Source: an uncultured Gemmatimonadaceae bacterium
GTDB lineage: Bacteria > Gemmatimonadota > Gemmatimonadetes > Gemmatimonadales > Gemmatimonadaceae
Assembly (NCBI GenBank): GCA_963740355.1
Contig: CAVUDW010000003.1
Span: 544,001-608,000, forward strand
Direction of reading: 5' to 3'
DNA length: 64,000 bases
The first letter of the stretch is position 1, and each line of letters opens with the position of its first letter. Of the stretch, positions 31,601 through 40,591 are shown piece by piece. Below the pieces are notes generated by a model, which did not search any database, was not told the origin of the DNA, and saw only the letters and a list, made by a program, of their open reading frames with translations. The translations under genes were made by a program, and so were the position numbers.

Positions 31601-31712
31601 CAGCCCAGATGCCTGCTGCCGCGCAGAGGCTCACCGCCAGCAGGACAAATCGGCGCTGCGCTGCGAGGAGCGCGAAGAGGCCGCCGCCCGCCTTGCCGGT
31701 GTCGTCGCTCAC
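28659..31712 (-). CDS. RND efflux permease
   Basis: FNLMTLGALAIAIGLVIDDAVVVTEN, GFLPEMDEG and RLRPILMT motifs. Confidence 0.92.
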   Translation of the reverse strand: MSDDTGKAGGGLFALLAAQRRFVLLAVSLCAAAGIWAAIRLPSSIYPELEFSRIAILAQGSTLGARQQVFSVTRPIEEAVSVVPGVTRVQSRSIRGGSEINVTFLPSVNMQVALQLVQARVNAVRGDLPATVDLQVERLTPSVFPIVSYNLEGGDAATLYDIARFQIGPVFARVPGVGRVDVQGSSVRELEVVADPTRLAQVGVSYDDLATSIRQATSVNAVGRVARDYKQYLVVTQSEARAPDDIASIPIGGGLRVRDVATVTLGREDRVRLVAGDGRPAALLSITRQPGGNTLRMADSIDALASQFARTLPSGVILKPVYDQAVLVRDAVASVRDAMLIGAALAVIVLLVFLRNWRVTAISASVIPLTLAITIWLMSLLGQTFNLMTLGALAIAIGLVIDDAVVVTENIVRHLGFTANRGEAIRNAVQELLWPVTTSTLTTVVVFAPLRLLEGVVGQFFAALSLTLTIAVLVSLVLAFTVIPLLCAAYLTRRESADHGAGAVERWYDRSLDSVLHHRLLVGGAVVVLVVGGVVAYRFTGTGFLPEMDEGAFVLDYWSPGGTALDETDRMIHQMEVMLNRTPEIAATARRTGSELGLFATEQNRGDMVVRLKAARDVPTSDVIGRIRDSAAATMPRLRVEFVQILSDVINDLAGASKPVEIKLFGPDLTALEAYGKLLATDMGKVDGLEDFYDGNAEPSAELSMAIDRVESARLGVSPEQVASSVSGALLGVNAGELRLDDRAIAVRVRAPDAVRFDASALSSLPVITAAGRATTPLGAVATFTPQNARAELLRENQQQVVTLTADVADRALGDVMTDVRAVLASHPVPAGMRLELGGQYASQRTAFASLLLVLGLAAVSVVAVMVIQFRSFVEPFVVLLAAPLSFVGAILALLVTGTPLNVSSFMGGILLVGLIVKNGIILLDFTDHLMRDRGLALEPALRDAARVRLRPILMTTLCTLFGLLPLALGLGTGSELQKPLALAVLGGLALSTPITLFLVPSLLMAIRGRGYVLAPN

Positions 31713-32752
31713 TTCTGCTTCACGACGATGTGCACACCATCATCGACCTGATAGGCGCCATCGGTGACCAGCCGCTCCCCGGCTTTCAGGCCCGCCGTGA
31801 TCTCGATGCGACCATCTCGACGCGCGCCAACTTCCACGGTCCGTGCATGTGCGACGTTCGCGCTGTCCAGCACGAAGACGCGGTACTCATCACCATCAGG
31901 CACGACTGCGGCGGATGGCACGAGGACTGCCTCGGCGTGCTGCTCGAGCGCGATGCGGCCATTCACCGACTCGCCGATGCGCAACGCACGCGCCGTCTTG
32001 AGCGACGAGACGCGAACCGCCACCGTCCGCGTGACAGTGTCGATGGCGGCCGCGATCGTGCTCACGACGCCGGTGCCGAGTGAATCGCCGCCATCCGCGG
32101 CACCGGCCGTCAGCGCCACCTGCGCGCCCGTGGTGAGCAGCGACGCCTCGGCAGCGCTGACACTGAGCAGAATGTCGACGAAGCGTGGGTCAGCCACGTC
32201 GACCAGCGATGCGGTGCCGTCCACACTCGCGCCGAGTGTGGCGCTCAGCCGCGTGACGACGCCACTGATTGGCGAGCGCAGCGTGGCGAGCCCGCGCAAT
32301 CGCCGGGCGCTCGCGGCTGCCGAAGTCGCCTGTGCAAGATCACTTGTCGCAAGTTCGAGGTCCTTTCGCGGAGCGATGCCCGCATCCACCAGTCGCTGTG
32401 CACGCTCGTGCGCACGAGTCGCGGTCACGAGTGCAGCGCTCGCTCCCTGCACTGCCGCGTCGAACGGCGCGGGATCGAGCTCCACCAGGACTCGCCCCGC
32501 AGTCACACGATCGCCAACGGCCACGTGCACAGCGCTGACGCTTGCGGCGCCCGGCGAGCCAAGCGATGCGATGTGACCAGGCCGAACGGTCACGACACCG
32601 ATGGCGTCGATCGCGCCGGAAAAGCTCTCGCTTCGAACCGTCTCGACGCGCGCGGCCACCGTCACCGCTGGGGCTTCTTCATTGGAAGCGCCCTTCGTGC
32701 ACGCCATCAGTGCGAGCGCACTGCCGAGTCGGAAGACTGTTCGCGGGTTCAC
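31709..32752 (-). CDS. RND periplasmic adaptor subunit
   Basis: Lipobox-like LMAC; VAVGDRV, LRSPISGVV and GLKAGE motifs. Confidence 0.9.
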   Translation of the reverse strand: MNPRTVFRLGSALALMACTKGASNEEAPAVTVAARVETVRSESFSGAIDAIGVVTVRPGHIASLGSPGAASVSAVHVAVGDRVTAGRVLVELDPAPFDAAVQGASAALVTATRAHERAQRLVDAGIAPRKDLELATSDLAQATSAAASARRLRGLATLRSPISGVVTRLSATLGASVDGTASLVDVADPRFVDILLSVSAAEASLLTTGAQVALTAGAADGGDSLGTGVVSTIAAAIDTVTRTVAVRVSSLKTARALRIGESVNGRIALEQHAEAVLVPSAAVVPDGDEYRVFVLDSANVAHARTVEVGARRDGRIEITAGLKAGERLVTDGAYQVDDGVHIVVKQK

Positions 32753-33999
32753 GGGCGCTCTACCAGGGTCACGAGTTTCTGCGTCGCCATCGCCGTCCAG
32801 AGTGCGGCAACGTCATCGATGTACTGCGCCATCACATCGCGCGCATTCCGCCGCGCCTCGAGCACATTCGGCAAGGGCGACGCGCCTTCCCGGTACGCGG
32901 TGAGCGCGAGGGCTGCGACACGTTCCGCGGTCGCCAAGAGGCGACGATCACGCTCGACACGCAACTCGGCGGCAGCACGATCTCGGGTAGCGCGCGCGAT
33001 CTGTCGCTGCGACTCGAGTTTCGCGACGGTGAGCGCCGCCACGGCGCGCGCGCGTTCCGCCTCGGCCGCCTGCACGACGCCCTTGTTGCGACCGGGGAAT
33101 GGGATCGGCAACGCCACGCCGACCGTCGGCAACGACTGTGGCTGTGCGCCGGTCGGATCACCCTTTTCGACACCAGCGGTGAGGCTTGGCACACCGAAGC
33201 GTGATCGTTTTTCGAGCGCGAGCTGTGCTTCTGCTGCTGTCACGTTCGAGCTGGCGGCGGCGACCCGGAGCGGCGTACCGATGGCAAGCGAAGGCGTCGT
33301 GTTTTCTGGGAGCGCGAGCGAATCCGCGAGCGTGATGCGCACCGTGTCAGCCGCTTCACCGATCAAGGTCTGCACATCGAGGAGCGCGCTGATTGCCGAC
33401 ACGGAGTCGCCTGCAGCGATGTTGGCCTGCTGTCCGGCAGAAATGGTCGCCAGCTGCACATCGAGCTCACTCGCATCGCCGGCATCGCGTCGGGCTTCTG
33501 CGATGCGGCGCAGGCTATCGGCGTCGATCGCGTTGCGTCGCGACAATGCCGATCGCGCCGCAGCGGCCAACGCTCTTGTGTACGCAGTATCAGTATCGAA
33601 GGTGATGCTGGCGCGATTGAACGCATACTGATTGCGCACGGATCGTTGTACCGCCCGGGCGACACTCAACCGCCGTCCACGCAGGAGCGCTCCGTCCAGT
33701 GGCAACTCGCCGACGATGTGATACTGCGGCGACGACTCTGTGTAGCTGGCCTGCAGATTCGGCTGAAAACGCATACCAGCATTGAGCAAATCAGCCGAGG
33801 CACGCGCGGTGTCGGCCGCGATCAACGCCATCAGGGGGCCGCGGGTCAGCGCTCCATCGATCGCGTCGCGACGCGAAACCGGCCGCTGTGCGCGAAGCGC
33901 ACACGCGGCCAGCGTCATCACAGCAATCGCGCCAATCCGGAAACCAATGCACATGTGTTCCAAGGTACACATGCCAAAGCAACAACGTTGGTAACGCAT
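32749..33999 (-). CDS. TolC family outer membrane protein
   Basis: RRDAGDASELD and AYREGASPLPNVLEA OMF repeats; start uncertain. Confidence 0.85.
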   Translation of the reverse strand: MRYQRCCFGMCTLEHMCIGFRIGAIAVMTLAACALRAQRPVSRRDAIDGALTRGPLMALIAADTARASADLLNAGMRFQPNLQASYTESSPQYHIVGELPLDGALLRGRRLSVARAVQRSVRNQYAFNRASITFDTDTAYTRALAAAARSALSRRNAIDADSLRRIAEARRDAGDASELDVQLATISAGQQANIAAGDSVSAISALLDVQTLIGEAADTVRITLADSLALPENTTPSLAIGTPLRVAAASSNVTAAEAQLALEKRSRFGVPSLTAGVEKGDPTGAQPQSLPTVGVALPIPFPGRNKGVVQAAEAERARAVAALTVAKLESQRQIARATRDRAAAELRVERDRRLLATAERVAALALTAYREGASPLPNVLEARRNARDVMAQYIDDVAALWTAMATQKLVTLVERP

Positions 34000-34042
34000 T
34001 CCCAGTGTCTGCGGCGCATGATGTCCGCACAGACGTGCCGCG

Positions 34043-34379
34043 TTACGGACGCTTCGAAATCACCGCTCCCGTCATCGCATCCACGATCACCTCGATCTTC
34101 TGCGGCTTTCCCGTCTCCACGATCAGCGCGTTGTACACCAGCTTCCCGCCGATACCGCGACGCAGCTCGATGGAGCTCATGCGACCGCCGGGGACTTTGC
34201 TCAGCGCCGTGATGCGGGCAGCGTCCTTCGACACGCGAGCTTCACTTGCCATGGCCTGGAGCGGCGTGGCGCGATTCTGAGCTTGGGCAGGGCTGACCAG
34301 CATGGCCAACACGGCGGCAGCTGCGACTGCGCGAGCGGCATGCGCGACGACGGAGCGGCGGGGAGAAGTTTTTTGACAC
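34043..34379 (-). CDS. PepSY-domain small secreted protein
   Basis: AARITALSKVPGG...EVIVDAMTGAVI is a PepSY pattern. A full signal peptide needs GTG 34379 with one fewer A in the A6 run; otherwise the start is 34312. Confidence 0.7.
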
Positions 34380-34473
34380 GTCGGACTGGGCTGCTAGTGG
34401 TGGTATTTCACGTGTGCATGAAACTGCGCTAATGTTTGCCACGGGCAAGGCGTCCGAGGTCTTACGGCGCCAG

Positions 34474-34872
34474 AACCAAGATCTTTGCCCCCATGGTCGC
34501 CGGCTAAATCAGAATCAAGATCTCTGACCCCTTGATCGATCAAGATCTCTGACCCCTTGATCGGCGCCTAACACAATGCGGCACAACAGGTTAGCCCGGT
34601 ATGTCCGCGATCAAGATCTCTGACCCCTTGATCGATCAAGATCTCTGACCCCTTGATCGGTGCCTAACCCAATGCGGCGCAACAGCTTAGGCCAGGAATC
34701 CCCGGATCAAGATCTCTGACCCCTTGATCGGCGCCTAACCCAATGCGGCACAACAGGTTAGGCCCGAAATGTCCGCGATCAAGATCTCTGACCCCTTGGT
34801 CGATCAAGATCTCCGACCCCTTGATCGGCGCCTAAGCCAAGCCGCCACAACAGCTTAGGCGCGGATTTCCCT
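34474..34872. repeat. Composite hairpin repeat array: 8 x 25-bp unit A and 4 x 46-47-bp unit B
   Basis: A = GATCAAGATCTCTGACCCCTTGATC at 34474 (degenerate), 34513, 34538, 34609, 34634, 34705, 34777 and 34802; B (GCCTAAC-N17-GTTAGGC core) at 34563, 34659, 34730 and 34827. Confidence 0.95.
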
Positions 34873-34893
34873 GTACGCCCTGCCCCCGCCACG

Positions 34894-36747
34894 TCACCCC
34901 CGCGCCGCCCGCAGCGCGTTCAGGATCACCGCCACATCGATCACTTCCTGCCCCAACGCGCCCATCGTCGGCGACAGGTACCCCAGCGCCGCGAAGACCA
35001 TCCCGACCGCGCTCAGGCCAAGGCCCACGCCGATCGACTGCTTGGCAATGCGCATCGTGTCCTTGCTCGCGCGCAATGCGTCGACCACGCGACTGATCTC
35101 GTCGACCAGCAACACGATGTCCGCCGCTTCGGCCGTGATGCCGCCGCCATGGCCGGCCAGCGCGATGCCGACTTCGGCCGTCGACAGCGCCGGCGCATCG
35201 TTGGTGCCGTCGCCGATCATGGCCACCCTCTCTCCCTTGGCCTGAAACTCCTGCACGATCGTCACCTTGTTCTCGGGCAACAGGTCGCCGCGCGCGTCAG
35301 TGATACCGAGTTCCTTCGCCACCACCGCCACGTTGCTCGTGTGATCACCGCTCAGCACGACCGTGCGCGTGATACCGAGCGTGCCGAGTTGGCGGAAGAA
35401 CTCCGGGAGGCCGTCGCGCAACGAGTCGGCGAACTCGATGGTGCCCGCTGGCACGTCGCCGATCGACACATAGGCGCGAAGGCCATCGCCACTGGCATCG
35501 AGCGAGTTCAATTCGGTCGTCGTCGACGCGGGCAGCACTTCGCGCAACCAGGCCAAGGAGCCGACGCGCACCAGTGCGCCATCGACCGTGCCCGTGATCC
35601 CACGCCCCGGCACCTCGCGCACTTCACTCGCCAACGGCAACGCGCCCAGCAGGCGTTCGGCGTGCTTCACCAGCGGCCGAGCGAGTTGATGCCCGCTGCC
35701 GAAATCCACCGCACCCGCGACACGAAGCACCGTGGCTTCATCGAAGCCGTCGAGTGGTCGTACGCGTTCGACTGCGGGCTGTCCGCGTGTCAGCGTGCCG
35801 GTCTTGTCGAAGACCGCCGTCGTCACCGTGGACAGTGCTTCCAGCGCCCCGCCAGTGCGGATGATCACCTGTCGTCGTGCGCACCGATTGATGCCGCCGA
35901 TGATCGCGATCGGCGTCGCGAGGATCAGCGGGCACGGGGTGGCCACCATCAGTACCGAGAGCACGCGGTCCGTGTCGCGCGTGATGGCGTAGGTGATGGC
36001 GCAGATCACCAGTGTGATCGGTGTGAACCAGACGGCGGCCTTGTCGGCAAGTCGCTGCAGCGGCGCCTTGCTCCCCTGTGCGAGTCGGACCAGCTCAACG
36101 ATTCGCAGGTACTGACTTTCTCCTGCACTCGCGGTGGCCTTCATCGTGAGCGGACCATCGACATTCGCGCTGCCCGACACCACGGCCGACCCCACTGTCA
36201 CCGGTACCGCGAGCGGCTCACCGGTAATGGCACTGGCGTCGACATGACTGCGACCATCCACGACGATGCCGTCGCACGGTAACAGTTCACCGGGACGCAC
36301 AAGCAAGAGGTCACCCACCTTCACCGATTCCGCTGGCACGTCACGCACCGAGCCATCAGCGTCGCGAATGTGGGCCTGGCGTGGCGCAGCCTGCTCCAGC
36401 GCAGCCACGGCGGCACCGGCGCGCCCTTCAGCGTATCGCTCGAGTGCCGCGCCACCGGTGAGCATGATCACCACCACCAGCCCCGCGAAGGGCTGGTAGA
36501 GCGCAGCCGCCGACACGATGGCAAGAATCGCCACGACGTCAGCGGCGAACTCGCCCTTGAGCATGTTGCGCACCGTCTCCCACACCGGGAGGGCCGCAGT
36601 CAACACGAGGCCAGCGAACCAGATGCGCTGCGCGAGCACGTCGCTGGTGGCGGAATGCTGGAACCAGACCACCGCGCCGGCGACCAGAAAGAGCAACGCC
36701 GCGATCGGAATCCGAAGCGCGGCGGACCACTTCTCCTCAGTTTTCAA
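34894..36747 (-). CDS. P1B-5 type heavy-metal P-type ATPase
   Basis: TPCP, DKTGT, QSIGVGLGLSAVGM and PTMGALGQEVID signatures; TTG start overlaps the upstream stop; no hemerythrin domain. Confidence 0.88.
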   Translation of the reverse strand: MKTEEKWSAALRIPIAALLFLVAGAVVWFQHSATSDVLAQRIWFAGLVLTAALPVWETVRNMLKGEFAADVVAILAIVSAAALYQPFAGLVVVIMLTGGAALERYAEGRAGAAVAALEQAAPRQAHIRDADGSVRDVPAESVKVGDLLLVRPGELLPCDGIVVDGRSHVDASAITGEPLAVPVTVGSAVVSGSANVDGPLTMKATASAGESQYLRIVELVRLAQGSKAPLQRLADKAAVWFTPITLVICAITYAITRDTDRVLSVLMVATPCPLILATPIAIIGGINRCARRQVIIRTGGALEALSTVTTAVFDKTGTLTRGQPAVERVRPLDGFDEATVLRVAGAVDFGSGHQLARPLVKHAERLLGALPLASEVREVPGRGITGTVDGALVRVGSLAWLREVLPASTTTELNSLDASGDGLRAYVSIGDVPAGTIEFADSLRDGLPEFFRQLGTLGITRTVVLSGDHTSNVAVVAKELGITDARGDLLPENKVTIVQEFQAKGERVAMIGDGTNDAPALSTAEVGIALAGHGGGITAEAADIVLLVDEISRVVDALRASKDTMRIAKQSIGVGLGLSAVGMVFAALGYLSPTMGALGQEVIDVAVILNALRAARG

Positions 36748-37292
36748 CGCAGCACCTGTGCACCACGTCCGCCCTGCTCCTGCAACACCTGCAATGTGAG
36801 ACTCACCTGTTCTTCTCCACGTGCCCGTACTACGACAAGAATTTCGTCGTTCGCCGGCGGCGGGATGCGCAGTCGCCAGTCGGACGGACGTCGTTTGGTT
36901 GCGAATGACACAAGGGCACCAATGGCCGCGCCAACCACCACCGTGATCATCGGCGTGAACAGCAGGGCATACGCGAACGGTCCGGCCGCCGCGAACCCGG
37001 GCCAGGCAATCAGGACGAATGCAACGAACGCACCACCGCCCAGTCCGAACAGGCCACCGAGCGATGCGAAACGCCACAGCGGTCGCATTGCACGTCGCTT
37101 CCCGGAATACATCTGCTCTGCGGCCTTCTGCGTGACCACGACATCGATCAGGTCGCGCGGCACACCGAGACGCGCCAATGAAGGTAGTACCGCCGTGACC
37201 GATGCTGGTGTCGGGAAGAACCCGTACACCGGTGTGACCGGTGCGCGGCGCGCCGTTGGGTGCGTGATGACGGAATGTTCAGCGGTGGTCAC
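36744..37292 (-). CDS. Hypothetical membrane protein (DUF3341/ActD-like layout)
   Basis: VYGFFP N-terminus, two TM helices and EILVVVRA C-terminus; overlaps both neighbours by 4 nt. Confidence 0.65.
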   Translation of the reverse strand: MTTAEHSVITHPTARRAPVTPVYGFFPTPASVTAVLPSLARLGVPRDLIDVVVTQKAAEQMYSGKRRAMRPLWRFASLGGLFGLGGGAFVAFVLIAWPGFAAAGPFAYALLFTPMITVVVGAAIGALVSFATKRRPSDWRLRIPPPANDEILVVVRARGEEQVSLTLQVLQEQGGRGAQVLR

Positions 37293-38053
37293 TTCTTCGC
37301 CTCCGCCGCTGGGGCAGTTGCTGGGGCAGTTGCTGGGGCAGTTGCCGCCGCCGGTGCGACGCTGGTCGCTGGCGCCTCGGATTCGAGCGCCTTCAGTTCG
37401 GCCTCCGTCCACGGGCCAGTGCGAGCTTCGTGCGCCTTCCGCAACGTGGACACCACCGAAGCGGCAACCGGCGACGCCGCGTTCGGACTCCACTGTCGGA
37501 TGTATGTCGCCACGTTCGCAATGTCATCGTCGCTCAGCGCCTCCTTCCAGGCCGGCATGGCGCCGTTGTACACCGCGCCCTTCACACGCACCGGCCCGCC
37601 CAGGCCATTCAGCAGGATGCGCACGACGGTCTGGTCGGAACCGGTCACCCATTCGCTTCCGACGAGTGGCGGGAAGGCACCGGACACACCCAGTCCGGTG
37701 GACTGATGACAGGCCGCGCAGTTCGCGCCGAAGATGCGCTTCCCCTCGGCAATCGGATCGACGGGTCCTTTGGCCGACGTATCACCTGCGGCGCTGGCCG
37801 TCAGTCCGACTTCTGCGTACTCCACGTGTGTCTGCGTGTCGAACGTGCCGCCGCGACGACCGATGTACCAACCGGCCCAGAACACCATCGTCGCCACCGT
37901 CACCCAGAGAAACCAGGGCACACGTTCGTACCCCTCGGCCGGATCGGCGAGTTCACGCACGATCTGGCGATGAATGACCTCGACGTCTGACTCGGCGTCG
38001 CCGAACGCGGCGCGTTCGGCAGTCGTACGATCCGTTGCCTTGGGATCGGTCAT
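37289..38053 (-). CDS. Membrane-anchored monoheme cytochrome c (CcoP-like position)
   Basis: EGYERVPWFL TM anchor; CAACH; FPPLVGSEWV; AMPAW; (TAPA)3 tail. Confidence 0.88.
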   Translation of the reverse strand: MTDPKATDRTTAERAAFGDAESDVEVIHRQIVRELADPAEGYERVPWFLWVTVATMVFWAGWYIGRRGGTFDTQTHVEYAEVGLTASAAGDTSAKGPVDPIAEGKRIFGANCAACHQSTGLGVSGAFPPLVGSEWVTGSDQTVVRILLNGLGGPVRVKGAVYNGAMPAWKEALSDDDIANVATYIRQWSPNAASPVAASVVSTLRKAHEARTGPWTEAELKALESEAPATSVAPAAATAPATAPATAPAAEAKK

Positions 38054-38688
38054 GGCATCGTGTGTTCGCTGCGCCCGCCAATCGAACGAGCCGCAGGTTC
38101 ATCACCCGTCGGCACCGGATAGGTGCGCTTGAGCGACTTCAGGTACGCGATCAGCGCCTCCGCATCCGGTGTTGGCACAATGACCTTGCCCGCTGGCAGC
38201 TTGCCACCAGCCACGCTGTAGAACACCTCGCCGGGCTTGATCGACGATGAATCACGCACCGTGTAGAGATACGGGAACGCCGGCATGATCGACCACGGCA
38301 TCAGCGACCGCGGATTGAAGAGGTGCGTGTGGTGCCACTGCTCACTCGGCTGGCGCACACCGATGTTGATCAGGTCCGGACCGGTGCGCATCGTGCCCAG
38401 CTGGTGCGGCTTGTCATACACATAGTCCGACGGCACCGTGGCGCGCGGCCCCCATCCACGATCCTTGTCAGACGTGTAGACGGGATCGCGCACCTGCTGC
38501 GAATGACAGTACACACAGCCTTCCGACACATAGACCTCCCGGCCACGCGCTTCCTGGTCGGTGTACGGTGCCAGTTGTTTCGGCACACGCACCTGGCCGA
38601 TCATCGTGTTGGGAATGATCACCAGCAGCGAGGTCGCGAAGACGATGATCGCGAGGACGCCCATCAACAACAATCCGATACGTGTCAC
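38050..38688 (-). CDS. ccoO: cbb3-type cytochrome oxidase subunit II
   Basis: GREVYVSEGCVYCHSQQVR, LGTMRTGPDL and SIMPAFPYL motifs. Confidence 0.93.
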   Translation of the reverse strand: MTRIGLLLMGVLAIIVFATSLLVIIPNTMIGQVRVPKQLAPYTDQEARGREVYVSEGCVYCHSQQVRDPVYTSDKDRGWGPRATVPSDYVYDKPHQLGTMRTGPDLINIGVRQPSEQWHHTHLFNPRSLMPWSIMPAFPYLYTVRDSSSIKPGEVFYSVAGGKLPAGKVIVPTPDAEALIAYLKSLKRTYPVPTGDEPAARSIGGRSEHTMP

Positions 38689-40181
38689 GCGACACCTCCG
38701 GGTACGAACTTGGCCTTGTCGCGACGCGTGATGATCGGCGCCACTTCATGGAACGGAGGCAGGCCCTGTCGCGCTTTCGCGCCACGGAACATGAGGAAGA
38801 CGTGATAGGCGAAGACGCAATGACCGATCGTGAGCAGCGTGCCGCCCACCGAGCGCCCGATCAGGCCGGGCAGCATCGCCTTCACGACCTGCTCCCAGGT
38901 GCTGGTCGGATCGGCCATCTCGACGCCCTGGAACATGCCAGCGACGGTGAGCGGCACGAGATAGACGATCTGCCCGATGGCCACCGTCCAGAAGTGCCAC
39001 GAAATCAGCTTCTCGCTCACCCACTCTCGTCCCAGCAGGCGCGGGAGGATGTAGTAGATGCTGCCGAACATGATCATCGTCACGAAGCTGTAGAGCCCCA
39101 GATGCGCATGCGCGACCGTGACGTGCGTGAAGTGCGTCAGGCGATTGACCTCGCGGAACGCCATGAACACACCCTGCAGCGACACCAGCGTGTAGGCCAC
39201 CGAGCCGAACACGATGAAGCGCAGCGTGGGACTGTAACGCAGCGCCCCGAATCGCCGGTTCAGCGTCATGTGCTGGTTCACGCCGACTGCCATCACGGGA
39301 ATGATCATCAACCCGCTGGCCACGATCGATGTCGTGATCATCCACGTCGGCAACGGACCACCGATCAGGTGATGCATGCCGTTCAGCGAATAGAAGAAGC
39401 CAAGCGTCCAGAAACCGAGCAACGAGAGTTGGTAGCTGTAGATCGGTCGGCCGAGAATCTTCGGAATGAAGTAGTACGCCGCGCCGAGACAGACCGGCGT
39501 CAGCCACAGGCCCAGTGCATTGTGCGCGTAGAACCAGTTCACCGCAGCGCTTTCCACGCCGCTGAACGTCGGCCAGTTACCGACCACGAAGATGATCGGA
39601 AACCAGATGAACGCCGCCATGATGTACCACACGCTGACATACAGGTGCTCCACTTCGCGCACCGCAATCGTCGAGAGCAGGCTCAGGCCAACCAGGCCGC
39701 CGCCGATCACGAAGAAGGGATCCGCCCAATAGCGCGGCATCTCCAGCCATTCGAGGCCATCGCTGTAGCCGGCCAGAATCCCGAAGATGCCAAGCACCAT
39801 GCCGATGTTCCAGAAATACAGGCCGGCCTCGGCGGCCTTCGGCACACGCAGTTCCGTGTGCACCAGCCGCGGAATGATCCAGACACTCACGCCGAGCATC
39901 GCACTGCTGGCCCAGCCGTAGGCCATCGCGTTGAGGTGGGCACTGCGCATCCGCCCGAACGTCAGCGGCGCGCTGCCCACCAGCCAATCGGGCATGTGCA
40001 ACTTGAAGCTCGCGACGAGCCCGAAGACCGAGCCGACGATCAACCAGATGACCGAGAACGCAATCGCGCGAATCGCCACCTGGCGACTGGAGGCATCGGC
40101 ACGCAGGCGGATGTCCAGGTTCTCCATGTCGGTGATCGGCGACGCGAGCTCGACAACCTGTGGCGGGAGCGTCGCGCTCAC
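38685..40181 (-). CDS. ccoN: cbb3-type cytochrome oxidase subunit I
   Basis: TFGRMRSAHLN, WFYAHNALG, PIYSYQLS, GMHHL and VAHAHLG motifs. Confidence 0.93.
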   Translation of the reverse strand: MSATLPPQVVELASPITDMENLDIRLRADASSRQVAIRAIAFSVIWLIVGSVFGLVASFKLHMPDWLVGSAPLTFGRMRSAHLNAMAYGWASSAMLGVSVWIIPRLVHTELRVPKAAEAGLYFWNIGMVLGIFGILAGYSDGLEWLEMPRYWADPFFVIGGGLVGLSLLSTIAVREVEHLYVSVWYIMAAFIWFPIIFVVGNWPTFSGVESAAVNWFYAHNALGLWLTPVCLGAAYYFIPKILGRPIYSYQLSLLGFWTLGFFYSLNGMHHLIGGPLPTWMITTSIVASGLMIIPVMAVGVNQHMTLNRRFGALRYSPTLRFIVFGSVAYTLVSLQGVFMAFREVNRLTHFTHVTVAHAHLGLYSFVTMIMFGSIYYILPRLLGREWVSEKLISWHFWTVAIGQIVYLVPLTVAGMFQGVEMADPTSTWEQVVKAMLPGLIGRSVGGTLLTIGHCVFAYHVFLMFRGAKARQGLPPFHEVAPIITRRDKAKFVPGGVA

Positions 40182-40435
40182 TGTGCGCCTCCCCAGATCC
40201 CCGGTGTCACGACGGGTCGCGGCGGGCCGAAGTCTTCGACACGTTCAGCGCGCTGGGCGGCAGTCTCCCACGGCCGCGCCACGTTGAAGTCGTCATCATC
40301 CAGCGGTAGTAGCGCCTGCTGGTTGATGCGATCGAACTGCCCTTTTCGCCACGCCCAGACGAAGGCGGCGACGGTCAGCAGGCCGAGGATCGTGATCGCG
40401 AGCGTCACGGTGAGCGACGACGGAAGCATGTCCAT
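40178..40435 (-). CDS. ccoS: cbb3 oxidase assembly protein CcoS-like
   Basis: Single TM helix followed by FVWAWRKGQFD. Confidence 0.8.
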   Translation of the reverse strand: MDMLPSSLTVTLAITILGLLTVAAFVWAWRKGQFDRINQQALLPLDDDDFNVARPWETAAQRAERVEDFGPPRPVVTPGIWGGAQ

Positions 40436-40591
40436 CCTCAATCGCGCCGCCCGCTACCGTGCCGATCGGTGCACGCGGCGCGGTGCACGGATCACCTTGC
40501 CGCGGATCGCGACCAGGCGAATGGCCCTGAAGTCTGTACAGTGCTCCGTACTGTCAGGAATCTACCGACAACAGGGCCGATCCTGCATCAC

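Noticed and set aside
34563..34862. Integron cassette array
   Set aside because: The R''/R'-like boxes are only 31 nt apart, with no ORFs between them and no intI.
34474..34872. CRISPR array
   Set aside because: The intervening units are near-copies of each other, several repeats abut with no spacer, and there are no cas genes in the window.
34474..34872. Chromosomal oriC or plasmid iterons (GATC-dense)
   Set aside because: No DnaA boxes, AT-rich unwinding element or rep/dnaA gene seen.
37308..37345. 12-bp tandem repeat x3
   Set aside because: Encodes the low-complexity TAPA tail of the cytochrome c; ordinary.
40441..40590. FNR box upstream of ccoS
   Set aside because: No convincing TTGAT-N4-ATCAA match found.
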